64,000 nucleotides of DNA. It comes from Pseudomonadota bacterium. GTDB lineage: Bacteria > Pseudomonadota > Gammaproteobacteria > Pseudomonadales > JADFDG01. Position 1 is the stretch's first letter; each line of letters opens with the position of its first letter. Location: NCBI GenBank assembly GCA_049324495.1, contig JBMOOP010000136.1, positions 2,136-66,135 on the forward strand, written 5' to 3'. A program made the translations under genes and the position numbers. This document shows, in pieces, positions 10,451-19,226 of the stretch. The notes under the pieces were generated by a model. The model saw only the letters and a list, made by a program, of their open reading frames with translations. It did not search any database and was not told where the DNA came from.

Positions 10451-11452
10451 ATGGCCCGCTACGACATCTACGGCATGGGTAATGCCCTGCTCGATACCGA
10501 GGTTGAGGTCGATGACGCCTTCCTCGCCCGCATGGGCATTGAGAAGGGCATGATGACGCTGGTTGATGCTGATCGTCAGCGCACTTTGCTGAATGCACTC
10601 ACCGCGCATAGCCCGGCACACAAGCGCGCCAGCGGCGGTTCGGCGGCAAACTCCATCATCGCTGCGCAGTATTTCGGCAGCCGCGCGTTTTTTTCCTGCC
10701 GCGTCGCACACGACGATGCCGGCGATTTCTATCTGAACGACCTGGAAAAAGCCGGCGTCAGCGTCAACCGCAACGCGCGCGGTGCTGGCGTTACCGGCCG
10801 CTGCCTGGTGATGATCACGCCCGATGCCGAGCGCACCATGCACACATTTCTCGGTATTTCCGAGACCCTCTCACCTGTCGATCTCGACGACAACGCTATC
10901 CGCGATGCGCGCTGGACCTATCTCGAAGGCTATCTCGCATCATCGGCCACCGGCCGGGAAGCGGCGCTGCATGCCGGCCGGATTGCGCGTGCTGCCGGCC
11001 GCCAGGTCGCCATGACGTTCTCTGATCCGGCCATGGTGCAATATTTCCGTGACGGCCTGGCAACCATGCTCGGCGACGGCGTTGACCTGCTGTTCTGCAA
11101 CCATGTTGAAGCGCAGGCATGGACGGGCACCACGACGATTGCGGATGCTGCCCGCCTGCTCAAAAGTATTGCACGGTCGTTCGTCATCACCTGCGGCGGC
11201 AAAGGCGCGCTGGCATTTGACGGCACCGACTTCCACGATATCGCCCCGACGCCGGTGCATGCCGTCGACACCAATGGCGCCGGCGATATGTTCGCCGGCG
11301 CGTTCCTGCACGGCCTGATCCACGGTATGGCATTCGGCGAAGCCGGGCGACTCGCCAGCGCAGCGGCGGCCAAAGTGGTGTCGAACTTTGGCCCGCGCCT
11401 GCACCCGATGGAGCACATCGAAGTGCTCGACGCTGTCCGGCGCAGCGCCTGA
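10451..11452 (+). CDS. PfkB-family carbohydrate/nucleoside kinase (adenosine kinase-like)
   Basis: 333 aa from MARYDIYGMGNALLD. It has the PfkB motifs GGSAANS and the C-terminal DTNGAGDMFAGAFL. Confidence 0.75.
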   Translation: MARYDIYGMGNALLDTEVEVDDAFLARMGIEKGMMTLVDADRQRTLLNALTAHSPAHKRASGGSAANSIIAAQYFGSRAFFSCRVAHDDAGDFYLNDLEKAGVSVNRNARGAGVTGRCLVMITPDAERTMHTFLGISETLSPVDLDDNAIRDARWTYLEGYLASSATGREAALHAGRIARAAGRQVAMTFSDPAMVQYFRDGLATMLGDGVDLLFCNHVEAQAWTGTTTIADAARLLKSIARSFVITCGGKGALAFDGTDFHDIAPTPVHAVDTNGAGDMFAGAFLHGLIHGMAFGEAGRLASAAAAKVVSNFGPRLHPMEHIEVLDAVRRSA

Positions 11453-11488
11453 AATGCACGTTGTGTCCCCGTGTAGAAGGAAGCCCTC

Positions 11489-11824
11489 ATGACCCTCCTC
11501 TGCCGCGTCGACGAGGTGCCCGAGGAAACAGCGCGCGGCTTCACGTTCGGCGAACACGCGCTGATCGTGGTGCGGCACAACGGTCAGCTATATGTCTACG
11601 TCAATTGGTGCCCGCACCTGGGCATCGAACTTAACTACCAGCCTGATGAGTTCTTCGACTACGACCACCATTTTCTGCAATGCGCCAACCACGGCGCACT
11701 GTTCGAGGTACACAACGGCCTGTGCATCATGGGGCCCTGCAAGGGCAGCTCGCTGAAGAAGGTCGGGTTCGACGTTGAGGGCGGCGAGATCCATGTGCGC
11801 TCGGTGCCGATGCGCACCCGGTGA
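11489..11824 (+). CDS. small Rieske (2Fe-2S) domain protein
   Basis: 111 aa with the CPHLG ... CANHGALF (CxH ... CxxH) Rieske ligand pattern. Confidence 0.8.
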   Translation: MTLLCRVDEVPEETARGFTFGEHALIVVRHNGQLYVYVNWCPHLGIELNYQPDEFFDYDHHFLQCANHGALFEVHNGLCIMGPCKGSSLKKVGFDVEGGEIHVRSVPMRTR

Positions 11825-12093
11825 GCATCATGCCCGGGTTGCTGGCCGGCCCGGATCATGCGTGACGCTGGCCCTGCACCATATGGGTCTTCATAAGTCT
11901 TCGGGCTCACCGGCATCACGGCCCCGAGGTGTATGATGGCGCCCCCTGCTGCAGCCGTGCCCGGCGGCAGCCATTGCGGGGCATGACAAACCACAGAGGA
12001 CGGATTATTTTGTTGCGTCGATTTTCAGGGGTACGTCGCGCATTGAGCGTTTTGCTCGGCGCCGACAACAGTGAATCAGAGGGGGGGTCCGAC

Positions 12094-13038
12094 ATGGCCA
12101 AGGCTGCCAAGCATAAGGGCAAGGGCGACAAAAAGAAGGATGGCAAGCCGGCCAAGGCGCCCGTCAAAAAGGCGAAGGCTGCAAAGCCTGTGACAAAGCC
12201 GCTCAAGCCGGCCAAAGCGCCAGCCAAAGGGGCAAAAGCCATTAAGGCTCCGACAAAGGCCAAAGCTGCGGCAAAAGCGCCCGCCAGGGCTCGGCCGGCA
12301 AAATCTGTCAAACCGGCAAGCAAGGCAAAACCCACCGCCAAGCCGTTAAAAAGCGCAGTGCCGGCAAAGCCGGTTGCCGCCAGGACCGCGCCCAAAACTC
12401 CGACGAAAGCCCCCGTGACGGCACCCGCCAAAGTGCCACCGGCAACGGCTGCCAAGCCGGCTCCGGCCCGGATGGCTGCCGCCACCAAAGCCAGTGCACC
12501 CGCCAAGGTCGAGCCGCAGCCAGCCGAAGTCCGCAAACTCGCGCCGAAAAAAGCACCCGTTGTGAAGCTGCAACCCGTCAAACCGATCAATCCGCTCGAA
12601 CCACCGGCCAATCCGAACGCCCTGATTCATGGCCAAAAGCCATACATCGCCCAGACCGGTGAGCAATACATGAGCGATGGTCAACTCGCTCATTTCCGGC
12701 GCATCCTCCTCGCCTGGAAACAGGAACTGATGGAGGAAGTAGACCGGACTGTGCACCATATGCAGGACGAGTCCGCTAACCTGCCTGACCCGAACGATCG
12801 CGCTACCCAGGAAGAAGAATTCGCGCTCGAACTGCGTACCCGCGACCGTGAGCGCAAGTTGATCAAAAAGATCGACAAGACCCTCACCATTATTGAGGAC
12901 GGCGATTACGGCTATTGTCAGGCCTGCGGGATCGAGATCGGCATCCGCCGCCTGGAAGCGCGTCCCACGGCTGAACTTTGTATTGACTGCAAAACGCTTG
13001 CCGAGATCAAAGAAAAGCAGGTCGGCTCCGGCAGCTGA
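12094..13038 (+). CDS. dksA: RNA polymerase-binding transcription factor DksA with a long Lys/Ala/Pro-rich N-terminal extension
   Basis: The C-terminal ~140 aa carry the DksA hallmarks: YMSDGQLAHFRRILL, the coiled-coil tip DPNDRATQEEE, and the zinc finger CQACG-N17-CIDC. The ATG at 12094 is preceded by GAGGGGGG. The N-terminal ~160 aa are KPAKAP/AKAA repeats. Confidence 0.85.
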   Translation: MAKAAKHKGKGDKKKDGKPAKAPVKKAKAAKPVTKPLKPAKAPAKGAKAIKAPTKAKAAAKAPARARPAKSVKPASKAKPTAKPLKSAVPAKPVAARTAPKTPTKAPVTAPAKVPPATAAKPAPARMAAATKASAPAKVEPQPAEVRKLAPKKAPVVKLQPVKPINPLEPPANPNALIHGQKPYIAQTGEQYMSDGQLAHFRRILLAWKQELMEEVDRTVHHMQDESANLPDPNDRATQEEEFALELRTRDRERKLIKKIDKTLTIIEDGDYGYCQACGIEIGIRRLEARPTAELCIDCKTLAEIKEKQVGSGS

Positions 13039-13063
13039 CTCCCGGCACGCTTTCCTTGAGCAC

Positions 13064-13096
13064 AAGGGGCCGGGGAAAACCCGGCCTTTTGGTTTG
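13064..13096 (+). terminator. intrinsic terminator/attenuator between dksA and gluQ
   Basis: GGCCGGG (13068-13074) pairs with CCCGGCC (13080-13086) around a GAAAA loop. A run of TTTTGGTTT follows. Confidence 0.5.
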
Positions 13097-13135
13097 TGGA
13101 CACCCTGCCTGCCCATTCCCAGCCCCTGACAAAAC

Positions 13136-14062
13136 ATGTACTGCGGCCGCTTCGCTCCCTCGCCTACCGGGCCACTCCACATCGGTTCACTGACTTGCGC
13201 GTTGGCAAGTTTTCTTGATGCACGTGCCGCCGGTGGCCGCTGGTTGGTGCGCATCGAGGATCTCGATCCACCCCGCGAAAAACCCGGCGCCAGCGCCGGC
13301 ATTCTGCGCACACTGGAAGACCATGGCCTGGCCTGGGACGGCGAAGTCGTGTACCAGAGCCAGCGGCACGCGTTGTACGAAGCCGCTCTTGAGCGACTGG
13401 TGCAGGACGGGCACGCATTCCGCTGCACATTATCGCGCACCCAGCTCGATGCCCACGGCAGCAACCATCCCGGCCGCGCGCTCAGCGCGGCACTCTTCGA
13501 GCAAACACTGCTCGACAAAACGCCGCTCGCCGCCGAAGCGGCACCGCCCGATGAACCGCCCGGCTTTACTTGGCGGCTCGACGTGCCGACGGCCGATATC
13601 CACTTCGTCGATCGCATCCAGGGCGCGCAGCACTGCAACCTTGCGCGTGACGGCGGCCCCTTCGTGATCCGGCGTCGCGACGGGCTGTTCGCCTATCAAC
13701 TGGCCGTTGTCGTTGACGATGCTGCGCAGGGCATCACCGAGGTCGTGCGCGGTTCGGATCTGCTCGATTCGACCCCCCGGCAGTTGTTGCTTCAGGAGCG
13801 GTTGGGCGTGGCAACTCCTCGCTATGCCCATATTCCGGTACTCGCTGATGCACAAGGCCAAAAGCTCAGCAAGCAGGCTAGGGCTGCCCCGGTGATCGCG
13901 GCGCGACGGCTGACCAACATGAATCTCGCCCTGCGCGCACTCGGACAACCCGCTCAACCGGATGCCGACACACCTGCCGAACTGCTGGCTGCCGCCATCA
14001 CCCAGTGGTCAAGTGCCCATATCCCCCATCGCATGGCCATCGCTCTGACCTCGCTCGCCTGA
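13136..14062 (+). CDS. gluQ: tRNA glutamyl-Q(34) synthetase (glutamyl-queuosine tRNA-Asp synthetase)
   Basis: 308 aa truncated GluRS paralog with RFAPSPTGPLHIGS (HIGH-like) and KLSKQ (KMSKS-like). It sits in the classical dksA-gluQ neighbourhood. Confidence 0.9.
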   Translation: MYCGRFAPSPTGPLHIGSLTCALASFLDARAAGGRWLVRIEDLDPPREKPGASAGILRTLEDHGLAWDGEVVYQSQRHALYEAALERLVQDGHAFRCTLSRTQLDAHGSNHPGRALSAALFEQTLLDKTPLAAEAAPPDEPPGFTWRLDVPTADIHFVDRIQGAQHCNLARDGGPFVIRRRDGLFAYQLAVVVDDAAQGITEVVRGSDLLDSTPRQLLLQERLGVATPRYAHIPVLADAQGQKLSKQARAAPVIAARRLTNMNLALRALGQPAQPDADTPAELLAAAITQWSSAHIPHRMAIALTSLA

Positions 14063-14157
14063 GCCGGGCGGGCATGCCCGCCACATCATCTGCGCCTTCA
14101 CTTTCGCATTGCTCCACCGCTCCCGTATCCTCCGGTAACCGATCCGGAATCCACGCC

Positions 14158-14334
14158 ATGTACACCGACCGCCTGCTGCTGCTGTTCATTCTCGGCGGCT
14201 ACCTGCTGTCCCCGGCGCTCATCGAGTGGTGGAGCGACGGCGGCACCGCCTGGTACCGGCCCTATCTGATCTGGCTGGCCCTGATCATCTTCAGTTACTG
14301 GATCGGCAAGAGCCGCGACCTCGATGACGTTTGA
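14158..14334 (+). CDS. small two-TM membrane peptide overlapping the sensor kinase start (cbrX-like)
   Basis: 58 codons with two hydrophobic helices (LLLLFILGGYLLSPALIEWW and YLIWLALIIFSYWIG). Its stop TGA (14332-14334) lies inside the first codons of the downstream kinase gene (ATGACGTTTGA). Confidence 0.5.
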   Translation: MYTDRLLLLFILGGYLLSPALIEWWSDGGTAWYRPYLIWLALIIFSYWIGKSRDLDDV

Positions 14335-17314
14335 CCTGACCCTGCTGTTCGTCATCGGCATCAGCTACCTGCTGGTGCTGTTCGCCATCGCGTGGGCCGC
14401 CGACAGCGGCCGGCTGCCGGCAAAAATCATCCGCCATCCTGCGGTGTATGTGCTGTCGTTGGGTGTTTACGCCAGCGCCTGGGCGGTATATGGCGCGGTC
14501 GGTTTCGCGTTCAATCATGGCTACAACTTCCTGTCGTTTTACGTCGGCATCTCCGGCGTATTCCTGCTCGCACCCATCCTGCTCGCACCAATTCTGCGGC
14601 TGTCGCAAACCTACCAACTGTCTTCGCTCGCCGATCTGTTCGCCTTTCGTTATCGCAGCTCGATGGCCGGCGGGCTGGTCACCCTGTTCATGCTGCTCGG
14701 GGTGCTGCCCCTGCTCGCCCTGCAGATCCAGGCGGTGGCCGACTCGATCCACATCCTCACCAACGAAGCCAGCCGCAACAGCCTTGCATTCTGGTTCTGC
14801 ATGACCATCACCGCGTTCGCGATCCTGTTCGGTGCGCGGCACACCACCCCGCGTGAAAAACACGAAGGCCTGGTTGTTGCGATCGCGGCGGAGTCGCTGA
14901 TCAAGCTTGTGGCGCTGATCGCCATCGCCCTGTTCAGTATTTTCGTGGTATTTGACGGCCCGACCGACCTGCACGAATGGCTGCGCGACCGTCCGGAAAC
15001 CCTGACGATGCTGTATGCCCCGCTTGCCGACGGCACCTGGCACAGCCTGATTCTGGCGTTCTTCGTGTCTGCCGTGGTGATGCCACACATGTACCACATG
15101 GCATTCACTGAAAACCTGAACCCGCGGGCACTGCTCACCGCAAGCTGGGGCTTGCCGCTGCTGCTACTTGCGATGAGCCTCGCCGTGCCCTTTGTGCTCT
15201 GGGCTGCCATGAAAACAATGCCGGGGACCGACCCCGAATATTTTTCGCTCGGCGTGCCGCTGGCGATGGGTTCGCCAACGATGGCCCTGGTGGTGTACAT
15301 CGGTGGCCTGTCGGCAGCGAGCGGCGTCATCATTGTCTCCACGCTCGCGCTCGCCGGCATGTGCCTGAATCACCTCGCAATGCCGCTGTACAAGCCCGGA
15401 CAAAATGGTGACCTGTACCGCTGGCTGCTGCGGGCCAAACGCATCCTGATCGCGACGATCATCCTCGGGGCATACCTGTTCTATTACTTTCTCGACAACC
15501 ACAATACGCTGACCGAACTGGGCATGCTGGCGTTCGTCGCCACATTGCAGTTCGTTCCCGGACTGATCGGCGTCCTGTTCTGGCCCGCTGCCAACCGTGC
15601 CGGCTTCATCGCCGGGCTCATCGCCGGGTTTGTGGTCTGGTTTTTCGCGCTGCTGCTGCCCACCATCACTCCGTTCGCCGGCATTGCGCTGCCGTTTTTC
15701 GGTATCGATTTCGAACCGAACGCGACCAACTGGCACACTGCCGCCTTCACCGCAACCATCCTCAACGGCCTGCTTGGCAGTGTGGTCTCGATGATCACCT
15801 CTCGCAGTGACGCCGAGAAGCGTGCCGCCGAAACCTGCGCCGTCGATAATCTGCGTCGACCCTATCGATGGAAACTCGGCGCCGGGAGCGTCGAAGATTT
15901 CGTCAAGGCGCTGGCCTTGCCGCTCGGTGCCGCCACTGCACAGCGCGAGATCGACTTTGCGCTGCGTGATCTGAAGCTCGTTGATAGCGAAACGCGGCCG
16001 TACATGCTGCGGCGCCTGCGCGACCAGGTAGAGACGAATCTTTCGGGCCTGCTCGGCCCGTCGGTTGCGCACGATATCGTCGATGATGTGTTGCCTTACA
16101 AACCGCTGGCGGAAGGTCAGGGCGCCGAAGACATCCATTTTATCGAGAGCCGGCTTGAGGACTACCAGTACCGGCTCTCCGGTCTCGCCGCAGAACTCGA
16201 CAACCTGCGACGTTTCCATCGTCAGACGCTGCACGATCTGCCACTCGGCGTGTGCTCGCTGGGCACCGACCGCGAGATTCTCGGCTGGAATGCGGTCATG
16301 GAATCGCTTACCGGCATTCGCGCCAGCGAGATAATCGGCTCATGGCTACACAATCTGCCGGAACCCTGGCGCCAACTGCTGATGGATTTCGCCGGCAGCA
16401 GCACCCAGCATGTCCATCAGAAGGCGATTACCATTGATGCCCATACCCGCTGGATCAGTCTGCACAAGGCAGCAATCAATCTGCCGGCTGGTCAACAACA
16501 ACTGGGCGCTCAGGTGATCGTGATCGAAGATCTCACCGACATGAAAACACTCGAGGCGCGCCTCACGCACAATGAGCGCCTTGCTTCGATCGGCCGCCTG
16601 GCCGCCGGTGTTGCCCACGAGATAGGCAACCCGGTGACGGGCATCGCCTGTCTGGCACAGGATCTGGCTACGGAAAGCGAGAATGTCCTCGTGCGCGATT
16701 ACACGCAGCAGATTCTTGAGCAGACGCGCCGCATCGATCGCATCGTCCAGTCGTTGGTCAGCTTCAGTCATAGCGGCAAGCAGCGCGCCACCGCCACCGA
16801 TCCCGTAGAACTGCACCAAATCATCGATGAAGCCATCGCGCTCATTCGCCTGGGTCGCGACGGCCGCGAATTCAATTTCATCAATGAAAGCGATGCAACG
16901 CTGCGTGTTGTCGGCGATGCCCAGCGACTGCTGCAGGTATTCATCAATCTGCTGAACAATGCCCGCGATGCATCCGCCCCCGGCGACACGGTACGGGTAT
17001 TTACCGTACCCTCCGGCGATAACACAGTAACCGTCTGTATCGAGGACAACGGCAGCGGGATTCCTGTCGAGCTTCTGGGCAGGGTGTTTGAGCCTTTTGT
17101 CACCACCAAGGATCCCGGCAAGGGCACGGGCCTTGGCCTCGCGCTCGTTTACAGCATCATCGAAGACCACCAGGGGCACATCGCCATCGAGAGTCCCATC
17201 CACCCTGACACGCAACGCGGTACGCGCATCCTCCTGACGCTGGCGCGCTGGCACGAAGATTCCGCCGAGGCCGCCACCCACGCTGCCCACAAGTCCGGGG
17301 AAGAAAACGCATGA
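14324..17314 (+). CDS. cbrA: CbrA-type hybrid transporter/sensor histidine kinase (SLC5 sodium:solute symporter domain + PAS + HisKA/HATPase)
   Basis: 996 aa. The first ~490 aa are multi-TM and SSS-like. A PAS-like segment follows ([18 protein letters not shown]). The H-box is [12 protein letters not shown], the N-box is LLNNARDA, and the G-boxes are DNGSGIP and GKGTGLGLA. Confidence 0.85.
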   Translation: MTFDLTLLFVIGISYLLVLFAIAWAADSGRLPAKIIRHPAVYVLSLGVYASAWAVYGAVGFAFNHGYNFLSFYVGISGVFLLAPILLAPILRLSQTYQLSSLADLFAFRYRSSMAGGLVTLFMLLGVLPLLALQIQAVADSIHILTNEASRNSLAFWFCMTITAFAILFGARHTTPREKHEGLVVAIAAESLIKLVALIAIALFSIFVVFDGPTDLHEWLRDRPETLTMLYAPLADGTWHSLILAFFVSAVVMPHMYHMAFTENLNPRALLTASWGLPLLLLAMSLAVPFVLWAAMKTMPGTDPEYFSLGVPLAMGSPTMALVVYIGGLSAASGVIIVSTLALAGMCLNHLAMPLYKPGQNGDLYRWLLRAKRILIATIILGAYLFYYFLDNHNTLTELGMLAFVATLQFVPGLIGVLFWPAANRAGFIAGLIAGFVVWFFALLLPTITPFAGIALPFFGIDFEPNATNWHTAAFTATILNGLLGSVVSMITSRSDAEKRAAETCAVDNLRRPYRWKLGAGSVEDFVKALALPLGAATAQREIDFALRDLKLVDSETRPYMLRRLRDQVETNLSGLLGPSVAHDIVDDVLPYKPLAEGQGAEDIHFIESRLEDYQYRLSGLAAELDNLRRFHRQTLHDLPLGVCSLGTDREILGWNAVMESLTGIRASEIIGSWLHNLPEPWRQLLMDFAGSSTQHVHQKAITIDAHTRWISLHKAAINLPAGQQQLGAQVIVIEDLTDMKTLEARLTHNERLASIGRLAAGVAHEIGNPVTGIACLAQDLATESENVLVRDYTQQILEQTRRIDRIVQSLVSFSHSGKQRATATDPVELHQIIDEAIALIRLGRDGREFNFINESDATLRVVGDAQRLLQVFINLLNNARDASAPGDTVRVFTVPSGDNTVTVCIEDNGSGIPVELLGRVFEPFVTTKDPGKGTGLGLALVYSIIEDHQGHIAIESPIHPDTQRGTRILLTLARWHEDSAEAATHAAHKSGEENA

Positions 17315-18657
17315 GCCACATCCTGATCGTCGAGGACGAAGCGGTTATCCGCGCGTCGCTGCGCAAGTTGCTGGAGCGCAACGGCTACAGTGTCGCCGAA
17401 GCCGGCTCGGTGCAGGAAGTAAAGGAGAAGTACGAGATTACCGACTTCGACATGGTGCTCAGCGACCTGCGCCTGCCTGGCGAACCGGGCACCACGATGA
17501 TCAAACTGGCTGCCCCGGTGCCGGTATTGATCATGACCAGCTACGCCAGCCTCAAGTCTGCTGTTGAAGCCATGAAGCTGGGTGCCATCGACTACATCGC
17601 CAAACCCTTTGATCACGAGGAAATGTTGCTCGCAGTAAAACGCATCCTGAAAGAAAGCGCCCTGGAACGACAGGCAGCGGCACTCAAGCAGGATTTGCAA
17701 CGCAACTACCCGACCACCGGCATTATCGGCAGTTGTGCGCCCATGCAGGAATTGTTCAAGCGCATCGGCCGCGTTGCACCCACCAACACCACCGTATTGA
17801 TTCTCGGCGAGTCCGGCACCGGCAAGGAGCTCGTTGCCCGCGCCCTGCACGAGCAGGGCACTCGCCGCTCCGGGCCGCTTATCTCCGTCAACTGCGCGGC
17901 AATTCCCGAGACACTGATTGAAAGCGAGTTGTTCGGCCACGAGAAGGGTGCATTCACCGGCGCCAACACCATGCGCAAGGGTCTGGTCGAAGCCGCCGAC
18001 GGCGGCACGCTGTTCCTCGATGAGATCGGCGAATTGCCGCTTGAGGTACAGGCGCGTCTGTTGCGGCTGCTGCAGGAGAGGGAAATCCGGCGCGTCGGCT
18101 CAACCGAATCGCGCAAGGTCGATGTCCGCCTCTGCGCAGCAACCCATCGCGACCTGAAAGCTCTCGTCGGCGCCGGCAAGTTCCGGGAAGACCTTTTCTA
18201 CCGTCTGGACGTGTTCGAGCTGAAACTGCCGCCACTGCGCGAGCGCGGCGACGACGTGATTGAGCTGGCGCAGAAACTCATCGAACGTGCCTGTCGGAAA
18301 ATCAATCGCAAGACACTGGCCTATTCCGAGGAATCACTGCGCGCCATTCGCAGCTATGCCTGGCCTGGCAACGTGCGTGAATTGGAGAACGCCATCGAGC
18401 GGGCCGCGATTCTTTGCGACGACGACGAGATACTGCCGGAACACCTGGGCATTGAGGCCGCCCCCCAGGACCAGGGCGACACGATGGCGCCTGGCGATCC
18501 GTCGGTTGACCTGTCATTGGAGGACTATTTCGCCCGTTTCGTCATCGAACACCAGGACAGCATGAGCGAAACCGAATTGGCCCTGAAACTCGGTATCAGT
18601 CGCAAGAGCCTGTGGGAGCGCCGGCAGCGGCTGGGTATCCCCCGCAAGAAGGGCTGA
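17311..18657 (+). CDS. cbrB: sigma-54-dependent NtrC-family response regulator (CbrB-type)
   Basis: Receiver domain (ILIVEDE ... VLSDLRLPG). AAA+ domain with GESGTGKE, the GAFTGA motif and LFLDEIGE. C-terminal Fis-type HTH ([21 protein letters not shown]). Its start overlaps the cbrA stop (ATGA). Confidence 0.85.
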   Translation: MSHILIVEDEAVIRASLRKLLERNGYSVAEAGSVQEVKEKYEITDFDMVLSDLRLPGEPGTTMIKLAAPVPVLIMTSYASLKSAVEAMKLGAIDYIAKPFDHEEMLLAVKRILKESALERQAAALKQDLQRNYPTTGIIGSCAPMQELFKRIGRVAPTNTTVLILGESGTGKELVARALHEQGTRRSGPLISVNCAAIPETLIESELFGHEKGAFTGANTMRKGLVEAADGGTLFLDEIGELPLEVQARLLRLLQEREIRRVGSTESRKVDVRLCAATHRDLKALVGAGKFREDLFYRLDVFELKLPPLRERGDDVIELAQKLIERACRKINRKTLAYSEESLRAIRSYAWPGNVRELENAIERAAILCDDDEILPEHLGIEAAPQDQGDTMAPGDPSVDLSLEDYFARFVIEHQDSMSETELALKLGISRKSLWERRQRLGIPRKKG

Positions 18658-18676
18658 CCCACTCCAGGGTCTTGCG

Positions 18677-18771
18677 TGTTACCAAACGAAACAAATATAG
18701 AGTCGCTCATCGGCAATTAAGTAACAATACGTAGGCACTTTTCCTGGCCAAAATGCGGGAGTGTTCGTAAC
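18677..18771 (+). promoter_or_regulatory. candidate enhancer (UAS) half-sites for the CbrB-type activator
   Basis: TGTTAC (18677-18682), GTAACA (18721-18726) and TGTTCGTAAC (18762-18771) lie about 40-135 nt upstream of the -24/-12 promoter. An A+T-rich stretch between them (TAACTGTTTTAATTACTATTAATTG) could bend DNA or bind IHF. Confidence 0.35.
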
Positions 18772-18808
18772 TAACTGTTTTAATTACTATTAATTGTGGT
18801 CGCCGTGT

Positions 18809-18824
18809 TGGCACGCATCCTGCT
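18809..18824 (+). promoter_or_regulatory. sigma-54 (-24/-12) promoter
   Basis: TGGCACgcatcCTGCT. The GG (18810-11) and GC (18822-23) have canonical spacing. It lies directly downstream of a sigma-54 activator gene. Confidence 0.6.
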
Positions 18825-18834
18825 ACATTTCTGT

Positions 18835-19113
18835 TGCAATAAGAACAACAACAGATCCGGCTTCTGCACCCATAAAAACAACAATGCAGAAGAAAAAGAA
18901 CGACAACAGAAGCCAATGCAGTGCATGAACCGACGGAGTAAATCCCTCGGTTCTTTTCTTGGACAAGACGACCGGTATCCAAAAACAACAGCCGGCGCCT
19001 GCAAGACCGAAGGAACCCCATCGCCATTTGGTGATGTAACGGCTTCCTTTATAAAAAGAACAACAAAGATGTACAGAACGGCGGGCCGGGAAACCGGCCC
19101 GCCGTTCTGCTTT
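18835..19113 (+). ncRNA. crcZ: CrcZ-like A-rich (CA-motif) Hfq/Crc-sequestering sRNA candidate
   Basis: It holds five AANAANAA-type motifs: 18841-53, 18874-84, 18890-912, 18981-90 and 19053-68. Three of them sit in hairpin loops. It ends in a 13-bp GC stem with a GAAA loop (19077-19106). Its position between cbrB and pcnB matches Pseudomonas crcZ. The ORFs called here are mutually overlapping and low-complexity. Confidence 0.6.
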
Positions 19114-19226
19114 CAGGTTGCTTAAAAGGCCGGCCAGACCAAAAGCCGGCACCGGAAAAACTGCCGGAACCCCTCCCCCCTGCTAGACTTGCCGCCGTTT
19201 CGTCCCTGACCTGACCATCGAGCCAC

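Noticed and set aside
8006-10843. Upstream N-terminal extensions of track ORFs: mrcB to 10843, thiE from 5795, folK from 20389, panB from 21050, acs from 23528, dapB to 48410, dnaK to 54016, fur to 61586, bamE from 61493, recN from 56040, truB to 29995, ftsH to 41205 and dksA from 11929.
   Set aside because: The extensions overlap neighbouring genes or consist of non-conserved Arg/Pro-rich sequence. Internal starts give homolog-like N-termini and usually have a Shine-Dalgarno sequence.
11916-12611. A 231-aa Gly/Ala/Leu/Phe-rich ORF on the minus strand.
   Set aside because: It is the mirror image of the Lys/Ala/Pro repeat region of dksA (GCC/AAG/GCN codons read backwards). It has no start context, and the sense frame continues into a bona fide DksA core.
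18707-19152. Several overlapping 74-109 aa ORFs on both strands in the cbrB-pcnB spacer (18796..19125, 18823..19152, 18707..19027, 18780..19004).
   Set aside because: They are mutually exclusive and low-complexity (runs of Asn/Lys/Phe), and they have no Shine-Dalgarno sequences. The region has the promoter, A-rich motif and terminator architecture of an sRNA instead.
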